Source of the DNA: Lentisphaerae bacterium RIFOXYA12_FULL_48_11
GTDB lineage: Bacteria > Verrucomicrobiota > Kiritimatiellia > UBA8416 > YA12-FULL-48-11
NCBI GenBank assembly: GCA_001804885.1
Contig: MHBM01000050.1
Coordinates: 1 to 60,477 of the forward strand
Direction of reading: 5' to 3'
DNA length: 60,477 nucleotides
Shown: positions 20,197-30,376 of the stretch, one piece after another
How positions within the stretch are numbered: the first letter of the stretch is position 1
Layout: each line of letters starts with the position of its first letter
Position numbers and translations under genes: made by a program
The notes under the pieces: model-generated
Told to the model about the DNA's origin: nothing
Database searches by the model: none
The model's input: only the letters and a program-made list of their open reading frames with translations

Positions 20197-21501
20197 ATGA
20201 AACGTCTTCTTGTAAATATGGGGGCAGGTTACTCCGCGCTGTTGCGCGCCGTTAATATTCTGGGAACAAACGAAACACTCTATGTATTTCAACGACTCGA
20301 CTACGAAGTCACGCCCAACGTTCACTTTATTGGCCATGCAGAATCCTTCCCTTTTCAGGATACTAAGATTCATTTAAATCGACTGAATCGTGAAGGCTTC
20401 GACGAGATTGTATTACTCTTGACCGGTGATCGCAAGAAAGACTCCGAAGCCATCCAGTTCACCAACCAAATTCAAGCGCCACACCATCTCTTCATTCAAG
20501 GCGCCAAGCTGCCGTGTTTGACTCCGGAAGCAGCATACAAATACAGTTCTGATCAGTGGGTCTCAACGAATGATAGTCCTGGCAGCACCAACAGGAAGTC
20601 GGCCACGCCCCTTTATGCGATCATTGGAACGTATAATGAAGAAGATATCGTGTACGCAACTGTAAAACACGCATTTCAACAAGGATGCAAGAAGGTTTTC
20701 CTGGTGGATAATGGAAGCAAGGATCGGACCGTGGCTGAAGCGTTGGCTGCCGGAGCCGAATTGGCACTATCATATGAAACCTCAAAGTACGTAGAACTTT
20801 TGCGAATCCGGCTCATGAACGATCTCGTAGAGCGACTTTCCCTTGAAAGTTCTTATGACGCAATTTGGTGGCTATGGCTCGATGCGGATGAGTTTCCAGA
20901 AGGACCAAACGGTCAGACGGTTGGCACCATGCTGGAACAACTGGGAGAGGAATACCGGATCGCTGGATGCTCGCTTGTCAATCACCTTCCCACATCGGAA
21001 CCCTATTATATCCAACGTTATCATCCAGGGGATTTCATGCAATATGGCGAAGCCTATAATCCTAGTTCGCTTAAAGTCAAACATTGTTCTTCATGCCACT
21101 GGAAGCATCCACTTCAAAAATTTGTGCGTCAGGCACCTATCGTGCGTTCTTTGTCCGGTTTTCACATGGCCATTTGTAAGGAGAAACTCCTGGAACCAAC
21201 TTCAACCATAGTATTTCACCATTTTCCATTCCGAGAAAAGGATTCCACGCTTCAGAAGTACGGAAAGCTCTGTGGCATCGAGGGTTCAAACGGGAATCGT
21301 GTATCATTCGATGACTCAGTCAGTCTAAATGGACGTTCCTGTATTAGGAGACGTTACGACAATCTCTTACACATCTACAATGCCCAATGGGACAAAGTAT
21401 CAATTACCCCAGGCGAAAATCCCACAACAGGCATCAAACTTTCCAAGTTTATGACTTCTGGAACGACTTGGCATCTAAGAACAGGCAATGAACGAACATA
21501 A
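20197..21501 (+). CDS. glycosyltransferase family 2 (Glyco_tranf_2_4-like)
   Basis: TYNEEDIV, VDNGSKDRT, WLWLDADEF, HHF; GAGAGGAG RBS. Confidence 0.8.
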   Translation: MKRLLVNMGAGYSALLRAVNILGTNETLYVFQRLDYEVTPNVHFIGHAESFPFQDTKIHLNRLNREGFDEIVLLLTGDRKKDSEAIQFTNQIQAPHHLFIQGAKLPCLTPEAAYKYSSDQWVSTNDSPGSTNRKSATPLYAIIGTYNEEDIVYATVKHAFQQGCKKVFLVDNGSKDRTVAEALAAGAELALSYETSKYVELLRIRLMNDLVERLSLESSYDAIWWLWLDADEFPEGPNGQTVGTMLEQLGEEYRIAGCSLVNHLPTSEPYYIQRYHPGDFMQYGEAYNPSSLKVKHCSSCHWKHPLQKFVRQAPIVRSLSGFHMAICKEKLLEPTSTIVFHHFPFREKDSTLQKYGKLCGIEGSNGNRVSFDDSVSLNGRSCIRRRYDNLLHIYNAQWDKVSITPGENPTTGIKLSKFMTSGTTWHLRTGNERT

Positions 21502-21578
21502 TATTCCACATTCTACTCACTTGTGCTTACTAGGCACGACAACTACAACCACAAAACATAACCAGCGAGGACCATACA

Positions 21579-22733
21579 ATGCAGTCACAAAACCCGGACA
21601 AAAAGAAAATAATTGCACTACTCAAAGAACATTCACCTGCTTTCCAACTCCAGAGTGGCATTCAAGAACTTCCCAGTTCCGAGGGATTCTTGGCGAATGG
21701 GCCACGAGCAACAGACAATCTTAAACGAAAATCTCATGCATCTTCTCTTGCACTGTTGGAGTACTTGACTGTTATTATCAAGCCCGGCTTCGTGACCCTT
21801 GAAACAGGGGGGGGATGGTCAACATGCGTGTTTGCAGCGTGCGCCGCACGTCACATTTGCGTAAATCCAGATATCACGGCGAATCGCCTAATCCAGAGTT
21901 TTCTGGATACTCACGCCGTTCAGCACGGAAACATCGAATTCGCAAACGATACTTCCGATCGCGCCTTGCCCCGCCTGTTTCAAACCCCTACCCCCAGTAT
22001 TGATGTCGCCTTGATCGACGGAAATCACAGTTTCCCCATTCCCGTGGTGGATTGGCACTATATCGACTTGGTCCTCAGAAAAGGTGGCATACTTCTTGTT
22101 GACGACACCAATGTCAAATCGGTGGCAGTATTATGCGACTACCTATCCTCAGAATTAAGTTATAAAAAATGCAAAGAGATCGAACGAACTGCCGTATACG
22201 AAAAAATTCGCGAAAATCGTGTGTGGGGATGGGCTGATCAAGGGTACAACCAGAAGTCAAACGATAAGCACGAATTGCCGCCTGCTACTTTAAAAGTTGA
22301 TCGCCAGAAAGAATTGCTCAATGCCGAAATCGTCATAACTTTTTTCACGCAAACAAAAAGACGCTACGCATTATTTGGAGCAGGCAAAGTTGCCAACCAG
22401 ATTATAGAAATGATTTCCGCCAAGAAACTCATGCCACCAATCTTTGTGCTAGACAACACACCCGGAATAAACACGTTCCAAGGCTTATCGGTAATCTTGC
22501 CACACCAGATTCCTAAAATGGGACACATTGACGAAATAATCCTTGCCACCACATGCTTTCAGGATAACATGCGCTCCGAATTGAAGGCCGCAGGGTGTAA
22601 CCTGAACCCAGTGGACCTGCGGGCGAATCTCATCCCAGAACCCACAGGGCAATCCAGTCTGCCGAAAGTCACATCAACGACGGTATCGGAAACATCAAAG
22701 GTGCGAGATACTGCAACCGGTAGACAAACATGA
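21579..22733 (+). CDS. class I SAM methyltransferase (Methyltransf_24-like) with C-terminal Rossmann-like module
   Basis: TLETGGGWST, ALIDGNH, GGILLVDD; C-terminal YALFGAGK module. Confidence 0.75.
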   Translation: MQSQNPDKKKIIALLKEHSPAFQLQSGIQELPSSEGFLANGPRATDNLKRKSHASSLALLEYLTVIIKPGFVTLETGGGWSTCVFAACAARHICVNPDITANRLIQSFLDTHAVQHGNIEFANDTSDRALPRLFQTPTPSIDVALIDGNHSFPIPVVDWHYIDLVLRKGGILLVDDTNVKSVAVLCDYLSSELSYKKCKEIERTAVYEKIRENRVWGWADQGYNQKSNDKHELPPATLKVDRQKELLNAEIVITFFTQTKRRYALFGAGKVANQIIEMISAKKLMPPIFVLDNTPGINTFQGLSVILPHQIPKMGHIDEIILATTCFQDNMRSELKAAGCNLNPVDLRANLIPEPTGQSSLPKVTSTTVSETSKVRDTATGRQT

Positions 22734-22818
22734 AATATGTGACGCGCACGGATTCCCTGGCGCCCAGGCCGTTATGATTCTGGATGGACAACTGTAAACG
22801 ACACAAGGAGCAGACACA

Positions 22819-23691
22819 GTGCTTAATCAATCTGAACATCAAAATGCTATCGAGGCCCTTGCCTTTCTTACCGTACAGAAACGGACCTATGCAATTTACG
22901 GAACCGGTCAGGTCGCCATGGAATTGCTGACAATAATACGCTCCGGCAAATACATATTTCCCGTCGCCTTCATAAAGGACAGTCCGGAAATTTCAATACT
23001 CGAAGGAATTAAAGTTATTTCGCCGGAACAAATCGACGAGACATCCATCAAAGAAGTGATACTGGGAACCAACAGTTTCCAGGAGGAAATGAGAAAAACA
23101 CTGGAATCAAATGGCCATTCCGACTTGGTACCAATTGACCTCAGCTCAAGCCGCGGCGATATCGCTGCCGCGCTGCAATCAAAACAAAGCCGCTCCGAAA
23201 CAGCCAAAGTCCGCCAGGCTCTGAAGCATTTTTGCATCGGCAACGGTCCTGACGTCGGCTTCGGCGGAGACCCGATTACAGACACGGCAATCTGTATTGA
23301 TCTGCCCAATCGCTACGCCGCATACCAGAATGCACCACAACACCTGCAGGGAGATGCACAGTCGCTCCCATGGTTCAAGGATAAGAGTATGGACTACGTT
23401 TACTCCTCTCACGTCCTTGAAGACTTCGAGAACACCAGAACTGTTCTAGATGAGTGGATTCGAGTATTGCGCGTTGGCGGCTCGTTAGTGCTTTTCTTAC
23501 CTGATGAACAGGCATATCGCAACCATTGCAAAAGCCAGAACAAACCGCCAAATGTACATCACGTTCATCTGGATTTCTCTCTGGATCTGGTGAAATCAAT
23601 CCTGCTAAAACGTGGCGACATGGAAATCATTCACGAAAAATCACCAAGCCATATTTACAGCTTCGAACTTATTGCCAGACGTATTCGATAA
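22819..23691 (+). CDS. Rossmann-like module + Methyltransf_11-like SAM methyltransferase
   Basis: YAIYGTGQ module; GPDVGFGGD, DYVYSSHVLED, EWIRVLRVGG. Confidence 0.75.
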   Translation: MLNQSEHQNAIEALAFLTVQKRTYAIYGTGQVAMELLTIIRSGKYIFPVAFIKDSPEISILEGIKVISPEQIDETSIKEVILGTNSFQEEMRKTLESNGHSDLVPIDLSSSRGDIAAALQSKQSRSETAKVRQALKHFCIGNGPDVGFGGDPITDTAICIDLPNRYAAYQNAPQHLQGDAQSLPWFKDKSMDYVYSSHVLEDFENTRTVLDEWIRVLRVGGSLVLFLPDEQAYRNHCKSQNKPPNVHHVHLDFSLDLVKSILLKRGDMEIIHEKSPSHIYSFELIARRIR

Positions 23692-23697
23692 AATATC

Positions 23698-24822
23698 ATG
23701 TCCTGTCTAGTCATCAAAAACGACGGTATCGGCGACCTAATACTGGCCTCCGGAATTATTTCAGGATTGGCTGAGATATATAATGGCGTCGATCTGGTTA
23801 CCTGCCGCGAGAACGAGGAAATCGCATCATTAATCCCTGGTGTCAATCGGATCATATACACCAGCCGGGACAATATCGCTTTGGGTACAAATCCGGCTTT
23901 TTGCGATAGCCCGGTTGACGACATCATAATGCTCAAACTGATGGAACAGCAATACCCTGTTGCAATCTCTTTGCGGCGTTACATCAGGCAAAGCACACTT
24001 GTTCTACAGCGCCTCGTAAATGCTGAGCAGAAATTCTGCTTCTGGAAATACCCGGGCAATGCAACTCAAGCCGAGGCTGAGGAATACAGCCAAGGATGGA
24101 ATCATATTGTTGACAATATACCCCTGACAAATGAAGCCGATTATTACAGAAACTGTCTGCGATTTGCACTTGGGAAAGAAATCAATCCGATCCCACAACT
24201 AAACATGCCGGCCCAACGTAAGCGGATTCCGAAGTCATTGGTTATAGGGTTATCGTCAAGCGGCAAAAACGGCTGGAATTACTTAAAATGGCTCAAAATT
24301 GCAGAGTTGTTTTACACAGATGGTTATAAGGTTCATATAGTCGGCGACAACAGATTCTCCAATGAAGTCGATTTATTCTGTAACAATTTCCCGGGCATGA
24401 AAAATCATATGGGGGAGTTAACGCTAACCGAGCTTTTAACACTTTATCAATCAACCACACATTACATGGGAAATGACACGGGTATTTCGCATTTAGCGTC
24501 CCTTACGGTGCCCTACAATCTTATCATTGTTGGCGGTGGCACAATTCCGCGATTCTTCCCATGGCCGGGGAACCATAATCAGGCTATCATCACCCATGCA
24601 ATGAAGTGTTTTGACTGTAACTGGGAGTGTAAGTATTTATCCACACTTTGCATGGAGCGTATACACACCATCGATATATTGCCTTTTGCACAACAGTTCT
24701 TTGCCGGCAAACAACCTCCCGGCTTATACAACTTGGGGCCTAAAGGAATCAAATTCACGGAGAACCTCAGTGGAACGAACAACCTATGTCTGGATGAGAT
24801 AAGTCATAATCTCAGTGAATAA
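23698..24822 (+). CDS. glycosyltransferase family 9 (heptosyltransferase-like)
   Basis: DGIGDLIL, LTELL, GNDTGISHLA. Confidence 0.85.
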   Translation: MSCLVIKNDGIGDLILASGIISGLAEIYNGVDLVTCRENEEIASLIPGVNRIIYTSRDNIALGTNPAFCDSPVDDIIMLKLMEQQYPVAISLRRYIRQSTLVLQRLVNAEQKFCFWKYPGNATQAEAEEYSQGWNHIVDNIPLTNEADYYRNCLRFALGKEINPIPQLNMPAQRKRIPKSLVIGLSSSGKNGWNYLKWLKIAELFYTDGYKVHIVGDNRFSNEVDLFCNNFPGMKNHMGELTLTELLTLYQSTTHYMGNDTGISHLASLTVPYNLIIVGGGTIPRFFPWPGNHNQAIITHAMKCFDCNWECKYLSTLCMERIHTIDILPFAQQFFAGKQPPGLYNLGPKGIKFTENLSGTNNLCLDEISHNLSE

Positions 24823-24843
24823 TCCACCTGGAGAAGAAAAACT

Positions 24844-25356
24844 ATGAGAGATCTGTCACTGCGTATTAAAGCTATGAAAATATTATGGCGTAGTTCTCCT
24901 GCTGCACTCCTCTGGATTACACGTCATTTCGGATATCTGGAGTGTCTGGTCGACGCTAAGAAATATGACCATGCAACCAATCCGAAAAGGTTGGCTGGAG
25001 CAAGATTTGATATAAAACCAATGGTTATCAATTTCTTTAAGTTTTCAAAAACTAGTCGCTTTGCTGTGTTCGGTGCAGGCAAGCATACTAAATGGCTGGA
25101 AACAATAACCGCAGCCGATATCCCTGTTAATGTTGTGGCAGTTCTGGATGATGTCCCAGATATGAATATTTTATTTTGGAAGAAACATGCAATTTTAGCG
25201 TCTAGCTTTGACCCATCGACCTGTGATGCTATCATAATCTCATCAGACTGCAGGCAAGAAGCGATGAAAAAACGTTGCGTAGAACTATATGGCGATAAAA
25301 TTCCATTGATCGACCTTTACGAGGGGTTACCACCCGGCCCTTATCAGAAAAGTTAA
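24844..25356 (+). CDS. near stand-alone Rossmann-like module protein
   Basis: FAVFGAGKHT...VLDD...DAIIISSD...; no other recognisable domain. Confidence 0.6.
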   Translation: MRDLSLRIKAMKILWRSSPAALLWITRHFGYLECLVDAKKYDHATNPKRLAGARFDIKPMVINFFKFSKTSRFAVFGAGKHTKWLETITAADIPVNVVAVLDDVPDMNILFWKKHAILASSFDPSTCDAIIISSDCRQEAMKKRCVELYGDKIPLIDLYEGLPPGPYQKS

Positions 25357-25385
25357 CGTTGCGCTGCAGAGCCGGGTATTTAACA

Positions 25386-26264
25386 ATGAATAGACATTCT
25401 ACAGTACCAAGTGACTTTGCCTTGGCGCAGCAGGCGGCAATGGAAGCTGGACGTTTGCTGCGGAAACAGCGGGCAGCCTGGAACCAGGTGACAAGTGTCA
25501 CTCAACACGATATCAAGCTGCAGGCGGACCGCGCCGCTGAAACGGTAATCCTGAAAATACTCAAAGAAGGATCACCTTACCCGATCCTGTCTGAAGAGGC
25601 TGGCGAACTGAAAGCTACCAACCCCAACTCTTCTCCACGGCTCAGTGGTGAGTCTTCCTCTTCCCTTCGTGGTCTTGGTGAACTTTGTGGTAAATCTTCC
25701 ATCTCTTCTGTCCCTCCAGACAAAGAATATCTCTGGATTGTAGATCCGCTGGACGGAACAGTAAATTATTCGCGTGGAACCCCTTTGTCAGCCGTATCAA
25801 TCGGACTATGGCAAAACAACAAACCGGTCTACGGTGTAATTTACGATTTCTGGCGTGATGAACTTTTCCACGGCGGATCTGGTTTTGGCGCATTTATGGG
25901 ATATCAGTCGATAAAAGTCAGCGGGACAACTGATCCACAACTTGCAATCCTTGCCACAGGGTTTCCCGCCAACAGCGACCACAATACTGCCCCGTTGCAG
26001 CAATTCCTGGAATCAGTACAGCGTTTCAAGAAAATTCGTTTACTCGGGACAGCAGCCCTTTCCATGGCCTACGTGGCCTGCGGTCGTACCGATGCATATA
26101 TGGAACGGGATATTATGCTTTGGGACATCGCCGCCGGCGCGGCAATAGTCCAGGGCGCTGGAGGAGTGATCTCTATCGAACCATCCAGTAGAGTACCTAA
26201 CGCCTGCTTGACGAAAGCCGCCGCATCCATCGATTTACTCAACGCCCTAGAAAGCAAAAAATGA
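25386..26264 (+). CDS. inositol monophosphatase family phosphatase with an in-frame repeat insertion
   Basis: ILSEE, WIVDPLDGTVNY, WDIAAG; a Ser-rich insert of about 30 aa lies between SEE and WIVDP. Confidence 0.9.
   Translation: MNRHSTVPSDFALAQQAAMEAGRLLRKQRAAWNQVTSVTQHDIKLQADRAAETVILKILKEGSPYPILSEEAGELKATNPNSSPRLSGESSSSLRGLGELCGKSSISSVPPDKEYLWIVDPLDGTVNYSRGTPLSAVSIGLWQNNKPVYGVIYDFWRDELFHGGSGFGAFMGYQSIKVSGTTDPQLAILATGFPANSDHNTAPLQQFLESVQRFKKIRLLGTAALSMAYVACGRTDAYMERDIMLWDIAAGAAIVQGAGGVISIEPSSRVPNACLTKAAASIDLLNALESKK
25628..25712. repeat. CTTGGTGAACTTTGTGGT-type repeat inside the IMPase CDS
   Basis: 25673-25691 is the exact reverse complement of intergenic 9495-9513 (19 nt). Confidence 0.8.
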
Positions 26265-26309
26265 GAAGTATGTCCGGCAGGAATCCGACGCGACGCGCAG
26301 GATGATCAC

Positions 26310-26372
26310 CCACCAGGACACTATGAACACCAAGAAGGCTAATACCTTTGTGTACTTCATGCCTCCATGGCA
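26310..26372. repeat. intergenic palindromic repeat of the same family
   Basis: CACCAGGACACTATGAACACCAAG ... CTTTGTGTACTTCATGCCTCCATGG. Confidence 0.55.
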
Positions 26373-26426
26373 CCTCGTTTGCTTACCTTAAATACACATA
26401 AGAACCATGATTTTAAGGGAAACAGT

Positions 26427-28304
26427 ATGTTAAAGATCGGTATTATTGGATCTGCTGGCAAGATGGGTGTAATTCGCCGTCATCTTTTTTCGCAAACCCC
26501 TGATTGCCAGGTTGTTGCACTTTGCGACACCTATAATCCTAACGGTTCGGATATTCCATTCACATCCGACCCATATGAGATCATTCGCAATCCCGACATT
26601 GATGCCGTCTGTATCTGCACCCCAAACTACATGATCAAGGACCTTGTCGTCTCTTCGCTTGACGAACACAAGGACGTTTTTTGCGAAAAGCCGCCCGGAA
26701 TATCACTTGCTGAAGTACGGGATATGAGAGCTGCCCTGGAGCGCAACAAGGGACTTAAACTTAAATTCGGATTTAATCACAGATATCATGACGCCATCCT
26801 TGAGGCAAAAAGACGCGTAGACACCGGCAAATATGGTCGCATTCTATGGGTTCGAGGCCGGTACGGCAAGAGCGTGGATGCGCAGTTCGCCAAAACATGG
26901 CGCGCCAACCGCAAACTTGCCGGTGGAGGTATCCTCCTTGATCAGGGCATCCACATGCTCGATCTCTTTCTCCTCTTCTGTAACAACTTCGATGAAGTAA
27001 AGGCTTTCTCTTCCAGCCAATACTGGAACTGGGATATCGAAGACAATGTTTTCGCCATCTTCCGCAACCGCCAGGGACAGACCGCCTCCCTGCACAGTAC
27101 GATGACACAGTGGCGGCAACTGTTCTCCCTTGAACTCTTTCTCGAGCGCGGCTACATGGTCGTCAATGGTATTCTATCGGCGTCGGGGGGATATACAAAT
27201 AACTACGCCAAGGAGGAATTGTCAATTGCCCTCAACCGGAGCCCCGCACCACAAGCACGGCATACTCATGAAGAACGCCTGGTGTTCGACCAGGATCACT
27301 CTTTCGCCCGCGAGGTCGAAGAGTTCACAAACGCTATCCAGCATAACGGCAAGATACGGGTAGGTAGCATCGACGATGCAGAAAAACTTATGACAGTGGT
27401 GGAGAAGATTTATACCAATGCCGACAAGGACCTGCCTGAGTATGCGCCAGAGGAATTCGCGGTGAGTGCTCCTGCAGTACGTTCGGCGACAGAAAAGAAT
27501 GAAACGCAGCATATTCAACCCATCAAGCAAACCGCTCCCGTCACATCAACAGAAATGCCAGTAAGTCGTTTTACGGGACGTATGAACAGGATTCAGGATA
27601 TGTTGATTCATACCGAAATAGCCAATGGCGGCCTGCAACCGATTAATGCCGATCAGGGATTTGCCAAGCTATTACTCTGGACACGCATGACGCAAACGCA
27701 TGGCGGAACGGTCTATCTCATAGGTAACGGGGCAAGTGCATCCATGGCCAGCCATATTGCCGCAGACCTTTGCAAAAACGGGAACCTTAGGACACAAGTA
27801 TTCACGGATCTCTCGCTCATCACAGCCGTGGCAAACGATATCGGGGCCCATGACATCTTCTCAACGCCCTTGGAGCGGTTCGCGGATCAGGACGATCTGC
27901 TGATTGCCATCAGTAGTTCAGGATCGTCACCGAACATCATTAAAGCGGTGAACAGCGCACTTGAGCGAAGGATGAAGGTTATTACTTTCTCAGCAATGAA
28001 ATCCGATAATCCGTTACGTTCATGTGGTCATATCAATTTTTACGTGCCGGCGCTTACCTATGGGGAAGCCGAAACCTGCCACGCAGCACTTCTTCACTAC
28101 TGGGTGGACCTGATGGTAGGCGACATACCTAAACAATCTTCCGAGCCCCAAAACAACTTTGAACCTTTAAATATTGATATCAATAATCGCTCCGATGACC
28201 AGAAGCTCCCGCTAAAGGCTGCAAAAGAAAAATCATGTACAGTCTCCAACCAACGGACTGCCAACAAGAATCGGCGTAAGTCACCATGCATGTCATCGCC
28301 ATGA
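26427..28304 (+). CDS. Gfo/Idh/MocA oxidoreductase fused to a GmhA-like SIS sugar-phosphate isomerase
   Basis: IGIIGSAGKMG, CEKPP, GGGILLDQGIHMLD; then GNGASASMASH, TAVAND, IAISSSGSSPNI. Confidence 0.85.
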   Translation: MLKIGIIGSAGKMGVIRRHLFSQTPDCQVVALCDTYNPNGSDIPFTSDPYEIIRNPDIDAVCICTPNYMIKDLVVSSLDEHKDVFCEKPPGISLAEVRDMRAALERNKGLKLKFGFNHRYHDAILEAKRRVDTGKYGRILWVRGRYGKSVDAQFAKTWRANRKLAGGGILLDQGIHMLDLFLLFCNNFDEVKAFSSSQYWNWDIEDNVFAIFRNRQGQTASLHSTMTQWRQLFSLELFLERGYMVVNGILSASGGYTNNYAKEELSIALNRSPAPQARHTHEERLVFDQDHSFAREVEEFTNAIQHNGKIRVGSIDDAEKLMTVVEKIYTNADKDLPEYAPEEFAVSAPAVRSATEKNETQHIQPIKQTAPVTSTEMPVSRFTGRMNRIQDMLIHTEIANGGLQPINADQGFAKLLLWTRMTQTHGGTVYLIGNGASASMASHIAADLCKNGNLRTQVFTDLSLITAVANDIGAHDIFSTPLERFADQDDLLIAISSSGSSPNIIKAVNSALERRMKVITFSAMKSDNPLRSCGHINFYVPALTYGEAETCHAALLHYWVDLMVGDIPKQSSEPQNNFEPLNIDINNRSDDQKLPLKAAKEKSCTVSNQRTANKNRRKSPCMSSP

Positions 28305-28954
28305 TTCCTGCCCGCATGGGCAGCCAACGACTGAAACAGAAAAACCTGCAATTACTCGGTGGTATACCGCTTATCACCAGGGCTATCAGGAAATGCAGGG
28401 ATACGGGAAGCTTCAATGAAATTTGGGTGAATTCCGAGCATCCCCGTTTCGGAGAAATCGCAACTGACGAAGGTGTACAGTTTCACCAGCGCCCGGAAGC
28501 ACTCGGCAACAACCAGGCTACAAGCGAGCAGTTTGTCCTGGAATTCCTTGATAAACACACTTGTGATTACCTGGTTCAAGTGCACAGTATAGCCCCCCTG
28601 CTTACCGCCGGACAGACCCGGGATTTCACACGCTTCGTGATTGACGGCGGTTTTGACACTGGGTTGAGCGTGGTATTGGAGCAGATCGAATGTGCCATGG
28701 GCGGAAAACCAATGAATTTCACTTTTGACCGCAAGACCAACTCCCAGGAACTTGAACCCATACAGCGAATCACCTGGAGCATCTCGGCATGGCGATCGAT
28801 CACATACAAGGAAGCCGCGCATGCCGGGCGATGTTCGACTTATTCTGGTAAGGTTGGTTTTTTCCCCATAGACAGGGCCGCCGGGCACATCATCAAGACC
28901 GAAGATGATCTACGCATGGCCGAATCTCTACTGGCCATGAAAAGCCATCCTTGA
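28286..28954 (+). CDS. acylneuraminate/KDO cytidylyltransferase family (CMP-sugar-acid synthetase)
   Basis: IPARMGSQRLKQKN, FHQRP, IKTEDD. Confidence 0.85.
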   Translation: MHVIAMIPARMGSQRLKQKNLQLLGGIPLITRAIRKCRDTGSFNEIWVNSEHPRFGEIATDEGVQFHQRPEALGNNQATSEQFVLEFLDKHTCDYLVQVHSIAPLLTAGQTRDFTRFVIDGGFDTGLSVVLEQIECAMGGKPMNFTFDRKTNSQELEPIQRITWSISAWRSITYKEAAHAGRCSTYSGKVGFFPIDRAAGHIIKTEDDLRMAESLLAMKSHP

Positions 28955-28988
28955 TATATGTTTAGTTACGATATGGAGCGTTGCACCG

Positions 28989-29465
28989 ATGATTCATTGT
29001 CGATTGCGGGATTGGAAGAATATTCCAGGAATGGCCTCACACAAAGCCTGGAAAACAGCTTTTTCATGGCTGGAAACTCACGCTTCCACGGCTGATGAAG
29101 GAATACACACCCTCTATTGCGACGGATTCCATGCAAAGGTCATGAGTTATGACCTCATACCACGAGAGCTGGCAAAGTTTGAAAGCCATCGGGAAACGAT
29201 TGATATACAGTTCACTGTCGCCGGAGCAGAAGGAATAGAAATCTCCACCCCTGAAAGCCTCGCCTCATTAAACGACTATGATCCTGTTAAGGAGGTCGAA
29301 CACTTCAAGACCCCTGATACAATTCATGGTTGGGTGAATAATTGTCAGGGATATTTCACAATACTATTTGCCGGTGAACCGCATATGCCCAAATTAATGG
29401 TTCCTGGAAACAAATCAGTTAAAAAAGTCGTCATCAAGTTGCCTGTAAAAATCCTGCAACCATGA
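28989..29465 (+). CDS. YhcH/YjgK/YiaL (NanQ/TabA-like) protein
   Basis: FESHRETIDIQF, ILFAGEPHMP, KKVVIK. Confidence 0.85.
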   Translation: MIHCRLRDWKNIPGMASHKAWKTAFSWLETHASTADEGIHTLYCDGFHAKVMSYDLIPRELAKFESHRETIDIQFTVAGAEGIEISTPESLASLNDYDPVKEVEHFKTPDTIHGWVNNCQGYFTILFAGEPHMPKLMVPGNKSVKKVVIKLPVKILQP

Positions 29466-30376
29466 AAATAGCCATCGGAACATCACTCTTTGCCGAGGAA
29501 GATCGTACCCCTCTTGAACGGCTTGAAAAAGCCGGTATTCAGGTAACACTCAATCCGTTCCGCCGTAAATTGACCGAAGATGAAACAATTGAATTTATTC
29601 GTGATGTTGACGGTCTGATTGCCGGCCTAGAACCGCTGAATCGCAACGTGCTCTCTGCGGCCCCTCATCTGAAAGCCATTGCCAGGGTCGGAAGCGGAAT
29701 GGACAATGTGGATCAGGTCACTGCAGCAGAGAAGGGAATAAAAGTCTCCAATACACCTGAAGGGCCGACAGACGCAGTGGCAGAGATAACAGTTTCAGCA
29801 ATGCTGACACTCGCTCGTCGACTGATTCCATTAAACGAAACAATGCATGCCGGCACCTGGAAAAAAATAATGGGCGACGGTCTTTCCGGAACAACCATCT
29901 TTATCGCGGGATTCGGTCGTATTGGCCGGCGTGTTTCCGAACTTCTTGTGCCATTCCGTCCCAAACTCATCGCTTACGACCCCGTTCTTTCTGATGGTCC
30001 CCTGCCCAACGGAGTACAAAGGGTTACATTAGAAGAAGGGCTTAAACGGGCTGATATTATCTCTCTTCATGTGGCAGGCACCGCCCGACTTATTGGCCCG
30101 GATGAGTTTTGCAGGATGCGTGATGGAGTTATTCTCCTGAATTCTGCACGTGGCGCACTCGTTGATGAACCCGCCCTGATTGCCGCTCTTGATTCCGGCA
30201 AGGTGCGCTCAGCCTGGTTCGATGTCTTTCCTGAAGAACCGTACAGCGGTCCATTGATTCGCTATCCACAGGTGATGTTGACGCCCCATATCAGCAGCAA
30301 CACACGGCAATGCCGTCGGGACATGGAAAGCGCTGCCGTCAGCAATATTCTACATGACCTTGGAATAACCATATGA
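29462..30376 (+). CDS. D-isomer-specific 2-hydroxyacid dehydrogenase (phosphoglycerate dehydrogenase-like)
   Basis: IARVGSGMDNVD, GFGRIG, LNSARG, DVFPEEP, LTPHI. Confidence 0.9.
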   Translation: MKIAIGTSLFAEEDRTPLERLEKAGIQVTLNPFRRKLTEDETIEFIRDVDGLIAGLEPLNRNVLSAAPHLKAIARVGSGMDNVDQVTAAEKGIKVSNTPEGPTDAVAEITVSAMLTLARRLIPLNETMHAGTWKKIMGDGLSGTTIFIAGFGRIGRRVSELLVPFRPKLIAYDPVLSDGPLPNGVQRVTLEEGLKRADIISLHVAGTARLIGPDEFCRMRDGVILLNSARGALVDEPALIAALDSGKVRSAWFDVFPEEPYSGPLIRYPQVMLTPHISSNTRQCRRDMESAAVSNILHDLGITI

